Source: Flavobacteriales bacterium (GTDB lineage Bacteria > Bacteroidota > Bacteroidia > Flavobacteriales_F > PHOS-HE28). Taken from it: 64,000 nucleotides of DNA. Both the position numbers and the translations under genes were made by a program. The DNA lies in contig JAWKNG010000003.1 in the NCBI GenBank assembly GCA_041391845.1, positions 235,053 to 299,052 of the forward strand. Direction: 5' to 3'. Positions 11,286 to 22,565 of the stretch are shown in pieces (positions within the stretch are counted from its first letter, which is position 1; each line of letters opens with the position of its first letter). The notes under the pieces are model-generated. The model worked only from the letters and a program-made list of their open reading frames with translations, did no database searches and had not been told where the DNA came from.

Positions 11286-11337
11286 ACGCAAAAAGGGCCG
11301 CCGGAGGCAGCCCTTCAAGGAGTTCACCGATGGTGGC

Positions 11338-11493
11338 TTATTTGTGCGAAGGCTCGTCGCTCACGCTGAGCTTGTGACGGCCCTGGCGGCGGCGGCTGGC
11401 GAGCACCCCACGACCGGCAGCCGTGGCCATCCGCGTGCGGAAACCGTGCTTGTTGGTGCGCTTGCGCTTGCTGGGCTGGTAGGTACGCTTCAT
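11338..11493 (-). CDS. rpmH: 50S ribosomal protein L34 (51 aa). It is absent from the ORF track because it is shorter than 60 aa
   Basis: The translation [44 protein letters not shown]... fits the L34 signature. Confidence 0.85.
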   Translation of the reverse strand: MKRTYQPSKRKRTNKHGFRTRMATAAGRGVLASRRRQGRHKLSVSDEPSHK

Positions 11494-11518
11494 GGCCTGG
11501 GTCTTTCGTAAGGGAGGG

Positions 11519-11526
11519 CAAAAGTA
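11519..11526 (-). promoter_or_regulatory. Candidate Bacteroidetes-type -7 promoter box (TACTTTTG) 26 nt upstream of rpmH
   Basis: Matches the TAnnTTTG consensus when read on the minus strand. Confidence 0.3.
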
Positions 11527-11556
11527 GGGCTTTCTTCCGATCCGGCAACAACCTGA

Positions 11557-12324
11557 TCATTCACGGAGCAGCCGAAGCCTGTCGAGGCCATAGGCGAGCA
11601 CGCCACCGTCCTCCCCTTCGATGATCAATCGACCCGTTGCATCCACGTCGATAGGCCTCACCATCAAGGGGTTGCCATCCAGCTCGGCCGCCGTCCAGCG
11701 CCCCCCCGACCACAGCGCATCGCGGTATCGCCGGGCCAGCAGCGCAGGATCCTGCTCCATCAGTTCCCACTGCTCCCCCAGGGCGGCGCAGAGCGCTGAG
11801 AGCACCTCCCTCAGGTCGAACGCACGACCCGCAGCAAGGCGCAGACCCGTGGCCCGGTGCGAAGGGTCCATGTCGGTGCTGTTAACATTGAGCCCGATAC
11901 CGATGATCGTCCAGGCGATATGTTCGCCGGCAAGTTCGTTCTGGATGAGGATGCCCGCCACCTTGGCACGGTCGATCAGGATGTCGTTCGGCCATTTCAC
12001 CCGAACGGTCCCTGGTACGCGCGCAGCCACGGTGGCATGCACGGCCAGTGCAGCAGCCTGCGCGATGCGGAACTGCTCATCCACCCTGAGCGCGGCGGGG
12101 CGCAACACCACGCTGCACGTGAGGTCGAGGCCGGGTGCGGCGTGCCAGGTGCGCCCTCGCTGCCCCCTGCCACCGGTCTGCTCATGGGCCAATATGACAG
12201 CACCGTGTTGCAAGTTCGACAGGCGGAGGGACTCGGCCGCGTATTTGTTGGTGCTGTCCACGGACGGTAGCTCGATCACCTGGCTGCCGATGTTCTGCGG
12301 GCGTGGCGGAGAGCGCTCGGGCAT
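11557..12324 (-). CDS. birA: Biotin--[acetyl-CoA-carboxylase] ligase (BPL domain only, no HTH)
   Basis: It carries the GRGRRGRTW biotin-binding signature (GGRGQRGRTWHAAPG) and a KWPNDIL motif. I chose the ATG at 12324. The 403-aa ORF upstream of this point is the antisense of rsfS. Confidence 0.8.
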   Translation of the reverse strand: MPERSPPRPQNIGSQVIELPSVDSTNKYAAESLRLSNLQHGAVILAHEQTGGRGQRGRTWHAAPGLDLTCSVVLRPAALRVDEQFRIAQAAALAVHATVAARVPGTVRVKWPNDILIDRAKVAGILIQNELAGEHIAWTIIGIGLNVNSTDMDPSHRATGLRLAAGRAFDLREVLSALCAALGEQWELMEQDPALLARRYRDALWSGGRWTAAELDGNPLMVRPIDVDATGRLIIEGEDGGVLAYGLDRLRLLRE

Positions 12325-12339
12325 TGGCCGCTTGCTGGG

Positions 12340-12749
12340 ATGGGAGTTCGTACCTTTGAACGGACCAAGATAGACCGGATGAAGAATGCGAAGGGCACGA
12401 ACGCTGCCCGCCTTGTGGATGCGGTGGTGAAGGGCATCCAGGAAGTGAAGGGCAAGGACATCGTGCACCTCGACCTGCGTGGCGTGCCGAACAGTGTCGC
12501 CGAGCACTTCGTTATCTGCCACGGCGATAGCTCCACCCAGGTGGATGCCATCTACGGATCGGTGGAAAAGGTGGTGCGGGAGGAATTGAACGAACGACCC
12601 TGGCATGCCGAAGGCCAGGGCAACCGGGAGTGGATCCTGCTGGACTACGTGAACGTAGTGGTCCACATCTTCCTCCGGGACAAGCGCGCACACTACGCGC
12701 TGGAGGACCTGTGGGGCGACGCCGCCCGCAGGACCTATGACAACGTGGC

Positions 12750-12753
<4 letters not shown>
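12340..12753 (+). CDS. rsfS: Ribosomal silencing factor RsfS (Iojap); the start may be the ATG at 12379
   Basis: It has a conserved GQGNREWILLDYVNVVVHIF...ALEDLWGDA core and overlaps the ftsH start by 4 nt. Confidence 0.8.
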
Positions 12754-14777
<2,024 letters not shown>

Positions 14778-14787
14778 CATTCGCCAC

Positions 14788-14997
14788 ATGGGAGGTTGGA
14801 CGCTGGTCTACACAACCACCTCCCGCAGCGATGCCGAGCTGGTACGTGGCAGGCTGGAGGAACACGACATCACCGCCGTGGTGATGGACCTGCGCTCGAG
14901 CGCCTATCCGGTCTTCGGCGAGGTGGGCGTGTACGTGGGTGAAGCGGATGTGCTCCGTGCCCTCTACCTTGTGCGCCAAGCCGGGGAAGGTCCATGA
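14788..14997 (+). CDS. DUF2007-like small protein (69 aa)
   Basis: The sequence MGGWTLVYTTTSRSDAELVRGRLEEHDITAVVMD...VGVYVGEADVLRALYLVRQ fits the DUF2007 pattern. It lies between ftsH and cdsA, as is common in Bacteroidota. Confidence 0.5.
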   Translation: MGGWTLVYTTTSRSDAELVRGRLEEHDITAVVMDLRSSAYPVFGEVGVYVGEADVLRALYLVRQAGEGP

Positions 14998-15797
14998 AGG
15001 AACTCAGTCTGCGCACCATCACGGGTGTCATCTATGTGGCGCTCACGCTGGGGGCTGCCTTCACCGGCCCCTTCACCACCTTCCTGCTCTTCCTTCCCGT
15101 ATGCGGTGTGGCAGCGTTCGAGCTGCACCGCCTGTATTGGATCAGCGCCGACCATCCCCCACCCTTCTGGTCGGTGCTCATGGCCCTGATCACCATGGTG
15201 GCGCTGGCCATGAACTCCTTCCAGACTCAGTTCCTCGGTGGCTATGTCATCGCCTTGGTATTCCTGTTGCTGCTGGTGACCATCACCTGGATGCTCCTGA
15301 GCGGCACACGCGATCCGGCCGGCGAACTCGGTGGCCTGCTGCTCGTGGTGGGCTTGGTGGCCGTGCCCTTCGGCCTCATCCCCCTGCTTTTCCGCTGGGA
15401 CACTTGGGCCTTTGTGGGCTTCATGCTGCTGCTGTGGACCAACGACACGGGTGCGTACCTCGTGGGGCGGGCCATAGGGCGCCGCAAGCTGCTCCCGAAG
15501 GTATCGCCCAAGAAAACGGTGGAGGGCTTCCTCGGCGGCATCGTGCTCGCCATGCTCGTGGCCTGGCTCCTGAGCCGCTGGCACACCTTCCTGAACACCG
15601 AGCAATGGCTCACCTTCTCTGTCATCGTATCCCTCACCGGCACCCTCGGCGACCTCACCGAATCGGCGTTCAAACGGGCCCTTGGGGTGAAGGACTCCGG
15701 TGACCTGCTGCCGGGCCATGGTGGGGTGCTCGACCGGTTCGATGGCTTCCTCCTGGCCATACCCGCCGTGGTGCTCTACCTCATGCTCATCTCCTGA
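14994..15797 (+). CDS. cdsA: Phosphatidate cytidylyltransferase
   Basis: It is a multi-TM protein with a C-terminal SPKKTVEG...GHGGVLDRFD signature. Confidence 0.9.
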   Translation: MKELSLRTITGVIYVALTLGAAFTGPFTTFLLFLPVCGVAAFELHRLYWISADHPPPFWSVLMALITMVALAMNSFQTQFLGGYVIALVFLLLLVTITWMLLSGTRDPAGELGGLLLVVGLVAVPFGLIPLLFRWDTWAFVGFMLLLWTNDTGAYLVGRAIGRRKLLPKVSPKKTVEGFLGGIVLAMLVAWLLSRWHTFLNTEQWLTFSVIVSLTGTLGDLTESAFKRALGVKDSGDLLPGHGGVLDRFDGFLLAIPAVVLYLMLIS

Positions 15798-15850
15798 CAG
15801 CACGCGCGGCGTGTTGCACGGCTTCTATCTTTGGCGGCACCCGAACCACC

Positions 15851-16513
15851 ATGCGCCTGCACCGCGAAGGCACGCCCACCCTGCTGCTGAGCTTCGCCCT
15901 GCTCTGCTTCATCCTGTTCCCGCTGTGGCACTGGCGGCCCATGCCCCTGTGGGCGACCGTGGTCGTATCCGCTGCGCTCACCGTTGTCTTCGGCATCATT
16001 CTGTGGTTCTTCCGTGTGCCGAAGCGGAGCGCAACGCACGGTGAACGGGACGTGGTCTCTCCCTGCGATGGCAAGGTGGTGGTCATCGAGGAGGTGCATG
16101 AGCCGGAATACTTCAAGGAAAAGCGGCTGCAGGTGTCCATCTTCATGAGCCCCTTGAACGTCCACATCAACTACCACCCGATCAACGGTACCACGTCATA
16201 CTACAAGTACCATCCGGGCAAATATTTGGTGGCGTGGCACCCCAAGAGCAGCACGGAGAACGAACGCAGCACCGTGGTGGTGAAGCATCCCGCACATGGC
16301 GAAGTGCTGTTCCGCCAGATCGCAGGAGCACTGGCACGCCGCATCTGCACCTACAGCCGCGAAGGCACGCCTGCGGTGCGTGGCAGCGAGTTCGGGTTCA
16401 TCAAGTTCGGCTCACGTGTGGACCTGTTCCTACCCCTGGACGCAGAGGTGAACGTGCAGTTGGGCGATAAGGTCCAGGGCGCCACCTCCGTGATCGCCCG
16501 TTTCAAGCATTGA
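15851..16513 (+). CDS. psd: Phosphatidylserine decarboxylase proenzyme (short form)
   Basis: It has a membrane-anchored N-terminus, the PSD fold pattern, and FGSRV at the self-cleavage (GST-like) site near the C-terminus. Confidence 0.8.
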   Translation: MRLHREGTPTLLLSFALLCFILFPLWHWRPMPLWATVVVSAALTVVFGIILWFFRVPKRSATHGERDVVSPCDGKVVVIEEVHEPEYFKEKRLQVSIFMSPLNVHINYHPINGTTSYYKYHPGKYLVAWHPKSSTENERSTVVVKHPAHGEVLFRQIAGALARRICTYSREGTPAVRGSEFGFIKFGSRVDLFLPLDAEVNVQLGDKVQGATSVIARFKH

Positions 16514-16516
16514 CGC

Positions 16517-17011
16517 ATGAACACGCTCAAGACCCTCCTGCTCACGTTGATCGCCATCGCCCTGGTGGCGCTCCTGGTCGCCCGTATGCGCACCGGCCAG
16601 GATACCACCACCGTGGTGCCCCCGGTTGAAGCACCCAGCCCCTTCGAGAACCTTCCCATCCGCTACGATGGGCACTACCGTGAACAACGCAGCGAAGCCG
16701 TCTACCTGATGCGCTTCTTCCCCGAAGGTCGCATCGTGATGATCAACGGTACGGCTGATGTGGACTCCACCCTGGCCGACTTCCTGGTGCGCGACACCAA
16801 GGGCAACCCGGCCATCGGACTGTACAACGTGATGCCCCGCGTGGTGGGCGACAGCCTCTTCTTCACCACCCGGCCGGAGAAGGGCGAGATCGATTATGCG
16901 GGCGCGTTCGAAGGCAATGAGCTGGTGCGGTTCAAGCGCTACAGCCACATCACCGGTGCACGTCAGCTGATGGAGTACGAGTTCCGCGCGGACGAGGCAT
17001 CAGAGCAGTAG
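16517..17011 (+). CDS. Hypothetical signal-anchored protein (164 aa)
   Basis: An ORF with an N-terminal hydrophobic helix; no domain recognised. Confidence 0.45.
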   Translation: MNTLKTLLLTLIAIALVALLVARMRTGQDTTTVVPPVEAPSPFENLPIRYDGHYREQRSEAVYLMRFFPEGRIVMINGTADVDSTLADFLVRDTKGNPAIGLYNVMPRVVGDSLFFTTRPEKGEIDYAGAFEGNELVRFKRYSHITGARQLMEYEFRADEASEQ

Positions 17012-17692
17012 AGCGCGCAGCTCTTCCAGGCGACCGATCCGGTGCGTGGCCAGCGGGTCGGGTTCCGTCTCCGCAGCGAAATGCACATGGTCCCAACCTG
17101 CGTTGCGAGCACCGCGCATGTCCGTTTCGCGGTCATCACCGATCATGAGGCTTGTGGCCGCACGCGCGCCGGAGAGCTTCAAGGCTTGCGCGAAGATGCG
17201 GCCATCCGGTTTGGAGGCGCCGGCCTGTTCGCTGCTGAGCACTACGGTGAAGTGATCTCGGATGCCGCTGGTATGCAGCTTCACCTGCTGCACGCTGTGG
17301 AAGCCATTGGTGATGATGTGCAACCGGTAGCGGGTACCGAGCTCGGCGAGCACTTCGGCCGCGCCGGGGAAAAGCCCGGGCTTGCGCGGACATTGCTCCA
17401 GGTAGGCATCGCCCATGCGGGAGGCCAGCGCATCATTGCGCACACCGAACTGAAGGAGCGTGTTGCGGAAGCGCAGGATCCGCAGGACATCCTTGCTGAG
17501 ATGCCCCGCTTCATAGCGCCGCCAAAGCCCTCTGTTCACCTCTTCATACACGGTGATGAGCGCTTCGACATCCTCCACGCCATGTGCGTGAAGCCCGAGC
17601 TCGGCGTGCAACTCACGCAGGGTCTGCTGTGAGTTGGCGCGAAAGTCCCACAGGGTGTGGTCCAGATCGAAGAAGAGATGTTCGTAGGTCAT
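17000..17692 (-). CDS. HAD-superfamily hydrolase (YjjG-like nucleotidase family)
   Basis: Motif I is FDLDHTLWDF and motif IV is IGDDRETDMRGARNAGW. The ATG is at 17692. The upstream extension is spurious. Confidence 0.75.
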   Translation of the reverse strand: MTYEHLFFDLDHTLWDFRANSQQTLRELHAELGLHAHGVEDVEALITVYEEVNRGLWRRYEAGHLSKDVLRILRFRNTLLQFGVRNDALASRMGDAYLEQCPRKPGLFPGAAEVLAELGTRYRLHIITNGFHSVQQVKLHTSGIRDHFTVVLSSEQAGASKPDGRIFAQALKLSGARAATSLMIGDDRETDMRGARNAGWDHVHFAAETEPDPLATHRIGRLEELRALLL

Positions 17693-18147
17693 CAACGAAG
17701 AAAGGCCCAGGCCACGCTGAGCACCACCGACCACACGGCCACTGAAAGGAGCAAGGTGGGAAGTGTGCTGCGCTGGTGGCGGAAGTACTTGGCTGCGAGC
17801 AGCGCGGTGACAGGCACGGACAGCGTGGGAGGCGCGAAGGCCGCCAGACCGCGGATGCCGTAGCGCTGCTTCACGCGTACGATCCATCGATTGGTGCGGG
17901 TGAAGACACGACGGGGCTGCAGTCCACGCGCCAGACGTTCGGCATTACGCCGCACATACCGGCGCCGCAGGACCTCCAGCAGCTGGGTGCCGGTGAAGTA
18001 GAAGACCAGCATGCCGGCAAGGCCGCCACATGCAGTAAGCAGGATGGTGAGCCCGATGCCATACCCCAGGCTATAGGAAAGCAGGCCTGCGAACAGGAAC
18101 TTCACCATCGCGGTGAGCACCACGGTGAAGGCGCCCAACAGGTCCAT
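17692..18147 (-). CDS. Small integral membrane protein (4 TM), function unknown
   Basis: It is hydrophobic throughout. The stop overlaps the HAD start, so the genes are translationally coupled. Confidence 0.45.
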   Translation of the reverse strand: MDLLGAFTVVLTAMVKFLFAGLLSYSLGYGIGLTILLTACGGLAGMLVFYFTGTQLLEVLRRRYVRRNAERLARGLQPRRVFTRTNRWIVRVKQRYGIRGLAAFAPPTLSVPVTALLAAKYFRHQRSTLPTLLLSVAVWSVVLSVAWAFLR

Positions 18148-18150
18148 GGC

Positions 18151-18801
18151 TCAGAGCTTCGATCCGTAGGCCAGGTCCCCCGCATCGCCCAGGCCGGGCA
18201 CGATGTAGGCCTGCGCGGTCATCTCCTCATCGATCGCCCCGATCCAGAAGCGCGTATCGGGCGGCAGGTGCCGACGGGCGTACTCCAGGCCCTCATTGCT
18301 GGCGATGGCGCTCACCACATGAAGCGCTCGCGGCCTTCCCTGACGGAGCAGGGCCTTGTACACCAGGACCATGCTCTGGCCGGTTGCAAGCATCGGGTCG
18401 CAGAGCACCAGCACACGGTCCTCCAATGATGGGCTGGAGAGGTATTCCACTTCGATGTCGAACGCATCCTCGCCCTTGCGATGCTTGCGATAGGCACTGA
18501 TGAAGGCATTGTCCGCGCGGTCGAAGTAGTTCAGCAGACCTTGGTGCATCGGCAGTCCTGCACGCAGGATGGTGGCGAGCACCGGCTGCTGGGCCAGCCG
18601 CCGGGTCTGTGCCACGCCGAGCGGGGTCTGCACCTCGTACTCCTCGAAGGTGAGCGTGCGGCTCAGTTCCATGGCGATCACCTCCCCCAGACGTTCAAGG
18701 TTCCGACGGAAACGCATCGGATCGCGCTGGACGTTCACGTCGCGCAGCTCGGCCACGAATTGGTCCGCGATACTTGGCCTGCTCACCAGCTCAACTACCA
18801 T
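18151..18801 (-). CDS. upp: Uracil phosphoribosyltransferase
   Basis: It has the PRPP-binding LCDPMLATGQS motif and the C-terminal YIVPGLGDAGD signature. Confidence 0.9.
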   Translation of the reverse strand: MVVELVSRPSIADQFVAELRDVNVQRDPMRFRRNLERLGEVIAMELSRTLTFEEYEVQTPLGVAQTRRLAQQPVLATILRAGLPMHQGLLNYFDRADNAFISAYRKHRKGEDAFDIEVEYLSSPSLEDRVLVLCDPMLATGQSMVLVYKALLRQGRPRALHVVSAIASNEGLEYARRHLPPDTRFWIGAIDEEMTAQAYIVPGLGDAGDLAYGSKL

Positions 18802-19711
18802 CCTTCAGCTGTTTGAGCCAGCGCAGAGGCGCCGGCAGTCTGTTCCTGATCAGGTGTAAATATACCGTGCTCTTCGCGCCGAACCCCGCATTGAACCGCT
18901 GCGTGCCCGGGTGGTCGCTGCCGGCCATGTCCAGCAACGGATTGCCCCCCGCCCCCTGCTCCAGGTAATGGTCCACAAGCAGGAACATCGGATGGCGATC
19001 GATCCCGGCAGGGTCCACTGCCGACTTCAGCAGGATGCTTCGACCGCCCCATTCCACGAAGAGCACCCCGGCCAGGAGCCGCCCCGCTTCCACAAGGCCG
19101 ATGATGCACCCCTCCCCGCGGGCCAGGATATCGTCGACCAGCCCGCGCAGCACCTCCAGGTCCACTGACCTGATGCCACCATGACGCGCTGCTGTGCTGC
19201 TGGCGAACAGTGCCACGAAGTCCGTCGCCGCGATGTCCGACCGGAGCAGGTGGCGATGAGCCTCCGCCTTGCGCAGATTGCGCCGGTGACCGGTGGAATA
19301 GGCGGACCGCTGCCGCTCCATGTCCCCCACCACGGGAACCACCTGCTGGGTGCTGTGCGCCACCCGATCGAAGCGCAGGGTGCGCATTGACTCGTTCACA
19401 TGGATGTCCCAATACCGGAAGCGCTCGGGAACCGCATCGATGAACCGTTGGCCCAGTGCATCGCTGTAGTGGGCCGCGAACACCCCGAGCTGCTGCACAC
19501 CGTATGGCTGGAAGAGGTAATGCTGCCCCCATTTCGCACGCCAGGTGAGCGGCATGATGGCCTGTGCCTCCTCGTCCATCAATGCCTCCCAACCGGGCGC
19601 CACACGGTCAAGCACCGCCGCACGTGCATACCATAGTCGGTTCTCCGTTCGTTGCAACAAGGCATCCCAGCGCTGCTTGTCGATCTCGTGATGGCGCAGA
19701 TGGCGTATCAT
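18791..19711 (-). CDS. FemAB-like / GNAT-fold acyltransferase (Acetyltransf_6-like), the first gene of the polysaccharide-modification block
   Basis: Its size and pattern resemble BioF2/FemAB-like GNAT proteins found in CPS loci. The identification is tentative. Confidence 0.45.
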   Translation of the reverse strand: MIRHLRHHEIDKQRWDALLQRTENRLWYARAAVLDRVAPGWEALMDEEAQAIMPLTWRAKWGQHYLFQPYGVQQLGVFAAHYSDALGQRFIDAVPERFRYWDIHVNESMRTLRFDRVAHSTQQVVPVVGDMERQRSAYSTGHRRNLRKAEAHRHLLRSDIAATDFVALFASSTAARHGGIRSVDLEVLRGLVDDILARGEGCIIGLVEAGRLLAGVLFVEWGGRSILLKSAVDPAGIDRHPMFLLVDHYLEQGAGGNPLLDMAGSDHPGTQRFNAGFGAKSTVYLHLIRNRLPAPLRWLKQLKDGS

Positions 19712-20997
19712 GGTCGCGCTGCTTCAACGGTCCGTTCCATCACCTGCCACCAGCCCTTCCACTCACCTCTGTCACTGAGGAAACGATCGTGCCAGGTACT
19801 GACAAAGGTGCCGCCCACCCCGCGCACTTCGTCGATGAGCGGGCCGATGTGCGAAAAGGCTGCTGAAGCACCGATGCCCTGGCGGTCGTGCAGCGCGCTG
19901 TCCATGCAGGCGAAGGGCCACAACATCAGCGCGGTCTCTTCATCACGCTCCAGATCGTAGTAGGGGAACGGGGTGCATGTGCCAGCGCGGAAACCAACAC
20001 GGTCGGTGAAGCCCAGGCTGTGATCCTCTGTGAACCCTGCTGCCGCCAAGCCCCGCAACGTATCAGGCAGACGCCAGCGCAGGAAGTGCTGACGGCTGAC
20101 GCGCGGTGCTTCACCGGTGATGGTCATCAACGTTCGCTTATCATCCGTTGCGATGGTCGGATCATCGCAGCTGCGGTAGGAAGGATGCAGCCCTACCTCC
20201 ACGGCACCACGCAGGCTGCGAACACGCTGCTGGAAGAGCGGATCATGCGGCACTGCATGATCGTACGTACCCGCGCCGCGCATCAGCAGGAACGCGATAA
20301 CGCGGTCAACTGGCTGCGTGGTAGCGAGCGTTCCCAGATCTGCATACCGGTCGAAAGGGTCACGCCTCCGGCCCAGGTGCACGGCAATACGCTCCGATGC
20401 ATCGGCCATGCGCAGTTGCATCATGTCACGCGCGAGGCCACCCAGCTGGCGCCACCAGGGTCGCCCGCGATAGCGGAACCCATTGTCCACGTCCACAGTG
20501 AGCACGTGGCGGAAGTGTCGCACCGGCGCGGGAAGTAGAGGGTAGCGCTGGCGCAACCGATCGGCCAAGCGCAGGGCCCAGCGGTCCACCAATGCCAACT
20601 CCGACAGGTGATGTCGTACCGTGTACAGAGCCGTTGCCGCTACCCGTCCATGCGCATCATGCTCGGCGGCGCCCAGCTCGTCCATCAGACCGATCAGGGT
20701 GAAGGCATCGGCGAAGGGATCGTCGCCATGGACGACAGGCAGACCATCGTTCAAGGTTGGAGGCGGCAATACCATACCGGGCTTCAACGCTTCCAATGAA
20801 ACGGCAGGTCGGATCGTGAAGCCGTCCTCTTCCGACAAGGATGTCCCGTAATGCAGTTTGGCGCCGGTGTGTGCGCGGTATTCCGCTGCCTGTCCGGTGA
20901 AGTGGACCGGCCAGCCCAGCATGCGCTCCAGCAGATGCCGCACAATGAAGCGCTGCCGCGGGCCCGGGCTATCGAGGTGTACGAGCAGCATGTTCAT
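19708..20997 (-). CDS. Polysaccharide deacetylase-like protein (429 aa)
   Basis: The C-terminal half is NodB/deacetylase-like (HPSYRS, DHSLGF). It overlaps its neighbours by a few nucleotides. Confidence 0.45.
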   Translation of the reverse strand: MNMLLVHLDSPGPRQRFIVRHLLERMLGWPVHFTGQAAEYRAHTGAKLHYGTSLSEEDGFTIRPAVSLEALKPGMVLPPPTLNDGLPVVHGDDPFADAFTLIGLMDELGAAEHDAHGRVAATALYTVRHHLSELALVDRWALRLADRLRQRYPLLPAPVRHFRHVLTVDVDNGFRYRGRPWWRQLGGLARDMMQLRMADASERIAVHLGRRRDPFDRYADLGTLATTQPVDRVIAFLLMRGAGTYDHAVPHDPLFQQRVRSLRGAVEVGLHPSYRSCDDPTIATDDKRTLMTITGEAPRVSRQHFLRWRLPDTLRGLAAAGFTEDHSLGFTDRVGFRAGTCTPFPYYDLERDEETALMLWPFACMDSALHDRQGIGASAAFSHIGPLIDEVRGVGGTFVSTWHDRFLSDRGEWKGWWQVMERTVEAARP

Positions 20998-21835
20998 TGA
21001 GCGCCATGTGCGAACGACTGGGTCCTTCGCGCCGCAAGATCGCGCGCAGCCGGTCCCGCAACCAACGCTCCCAACTGAAGTCGTGGATCAGGGCACCACC
21101 GGTCGCGCGGATATCGTCCACGAGCAGCTGATGCAGGGCCGGCACGTCCACGGTGGTGTAACGCAGCGGACCGAGGGATCCTTGCTGCAGCGAACCCTGT
21201 TCCAACAGGGCCGCTTCGAGGCGTGCCGTACTGTTCATGTGGCCTGGACGCTTGGCATAGAGCCGGTAAGCGGTCCATGCGCGGGTACCATCAGCGGCAG
21301 TGTGATCGATGGCCACATTACGCCACTGGCGATAAGCTACGCGCTCCAGCTCTTCCACATGATGGATGTAGGTAAGGGCGTAGGTCACGTCGATATCGAG
21401 CGCAAGGATGCGCGCCGAATGGCGATGCATGAAGGCGAAGGGCGAGGAAGGGCCGAAGCTGGAGCGTTCGGTACTGGCGGCGAGCTCGCGCGCCCCAGCT
21501 CCGGCAACCGCAACGGAGTGCAACGGATGTGCGGTGCGTTCGAACGCAGGATGCCTGCGCGCTGCTTCGCCCAGAGCACCGGTGATGGTGGGTGTCCGCC
21601 GCACATCGAAGGATTCGCCATCGTGCAGGTCATGGTTGAAGGTGGGCACCAACAGTGACCCGGCCGGACCAACGGCCTCCACGAAGGCATTGAGCAGCTC
21701 GTCAGGTCCGGCCTGAAGACGTGCACGGCGCATGGCCCACACGATGCGGGTCAGATCGGCCTGTACCATCCACACCGAACCCGGGGCAACACCCAGCATG
21801 GCGGGCCAGTCGGCCAGGGGTGGTAGTACGCTCAT
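20969..21835 (-). CDS. AAC(3)-family (Antibiotic_NAT-like) N-acetyltransferase; here probably an aminosugar N-acyltransferase
   Basis: It has the LLVPTFNHD motif and other family-typical motifs. Confidence 0.55.
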   Translation of the reverse strand: MSVLPPLADWPAMLGVAPGSVWMVQADLTRIVWAMRRARLQAGPDELLNAFVEAVGPAGSLLVPTFNHDLHDGESFDVRRTPTITGALGEAARRHPAFERTAHPLHSVAVAGAGARELAASTERSSFGPSSPFAFMHRHSARILALDIDVTYALTYIHHVEELERVAYRQWRNVAIDHTAADGTRAWTAYRLYAKRPGHMNSTARLEAALLEQGSLQQGSLGPLRYTTVDVPALHQLLVDDIRATGGALIHDFSWERWLRDRLRAILRREGPSRSHMALNEHAARTPR

Positions 21836-22311
21836 GTGGGACGGCGGAAGCGGAACAGTTCAGGTCCATAGCCCAAGGAACGCACGAAGTCCTGCGAGAG
21901 CAGATTGCCATGCACCACTTCACATTCGCAGGCCTGCACACTTTTGGCAGCGAACCATTCATGCAGGGATTCGGTGATGGCCCGCGCCACACCGCTGCGA
22001 CGATGGGTGGGGGCAACGTACAGGTGCGTCCACTGGCCCAACGGAGCGCCGCCCAGGTATTCGGGTGCCAGCTTCACCATGCCATAGGTGAAGCCCACCA
22101 CGCGGCCATCCTCAACGGCCAGCACCAACCGGCCGAAACGCTCCAGGCCGCGTCGTACGCCATCGAGCCAGATCTGTGCACCGTTGGGCGCGAGCGTTGC
22201 GTTCATCCCATGGCCCGACATGGAAGCATGCAGTTCCTCAAAGAGCGCAGGGACCTGTTGCAGCAGCGCATCCTGCGCATCCTTCACGATGTACACGCTG
22301 GCGGTGCTCAT
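21832..22311 (-). CDS. GNAT family N-acetyltransferase
   Basis: The acetyl-CoA-binding motif A is present (VAPTHRRSGVARAI). Confidence 0.6.
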   Translation of the reverse strand: MSTASVYIVKDAQDALLQQVPALFEELHASMSGHGMNATLAPNGAQIWLDGVRRGLERFGRLVLAVEDGRVVGFTYGMVKLAPEYLGGAPLGQWTHLYVAPTHRRSGVARAITESLHEWFAAKSVQACECEVVHGNLLSQDFVRSLGYGPELFRFRRPT

Positions 22312-22565
22312 GCGATGCGGGTGAACAGTTCAATGAGGCCGCCCACGGTGCTTCCGCCGGGACGTTCCATGGCGGACATAAGGTCCACCTCTCGCCCACT
22401 GCGTTTCTCCAACTCCACCACCAGGTCCACGAAGCCCAACGAATCCAGCAACCCGGAACGGAGCAGGTCCAGGTCGTCGGTGAGTTCACTGCGCTCCATT
22501 CCCAACCGCGAGGCGCGCGGTAGAAGGGCCTCCACCAAGGCAGTTCTGAGTTCGCTCTTATCCAT
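22308..22565 (-). CDS. Acyl carrier protein
   Basis: It has the DSL phosphopantetheine-attachment motif (GLLDSLGFVDLV), is 85 aa long and is acidic. Confidence 0.7.
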   Translation of the reverse strand: MDKSELRTALVEALLPRASRLGMERSELTDDLDLLRSGLLDSLGFVDLVVELEKRSGREVDLMSAMERPGGSTVGGLIELFTRIA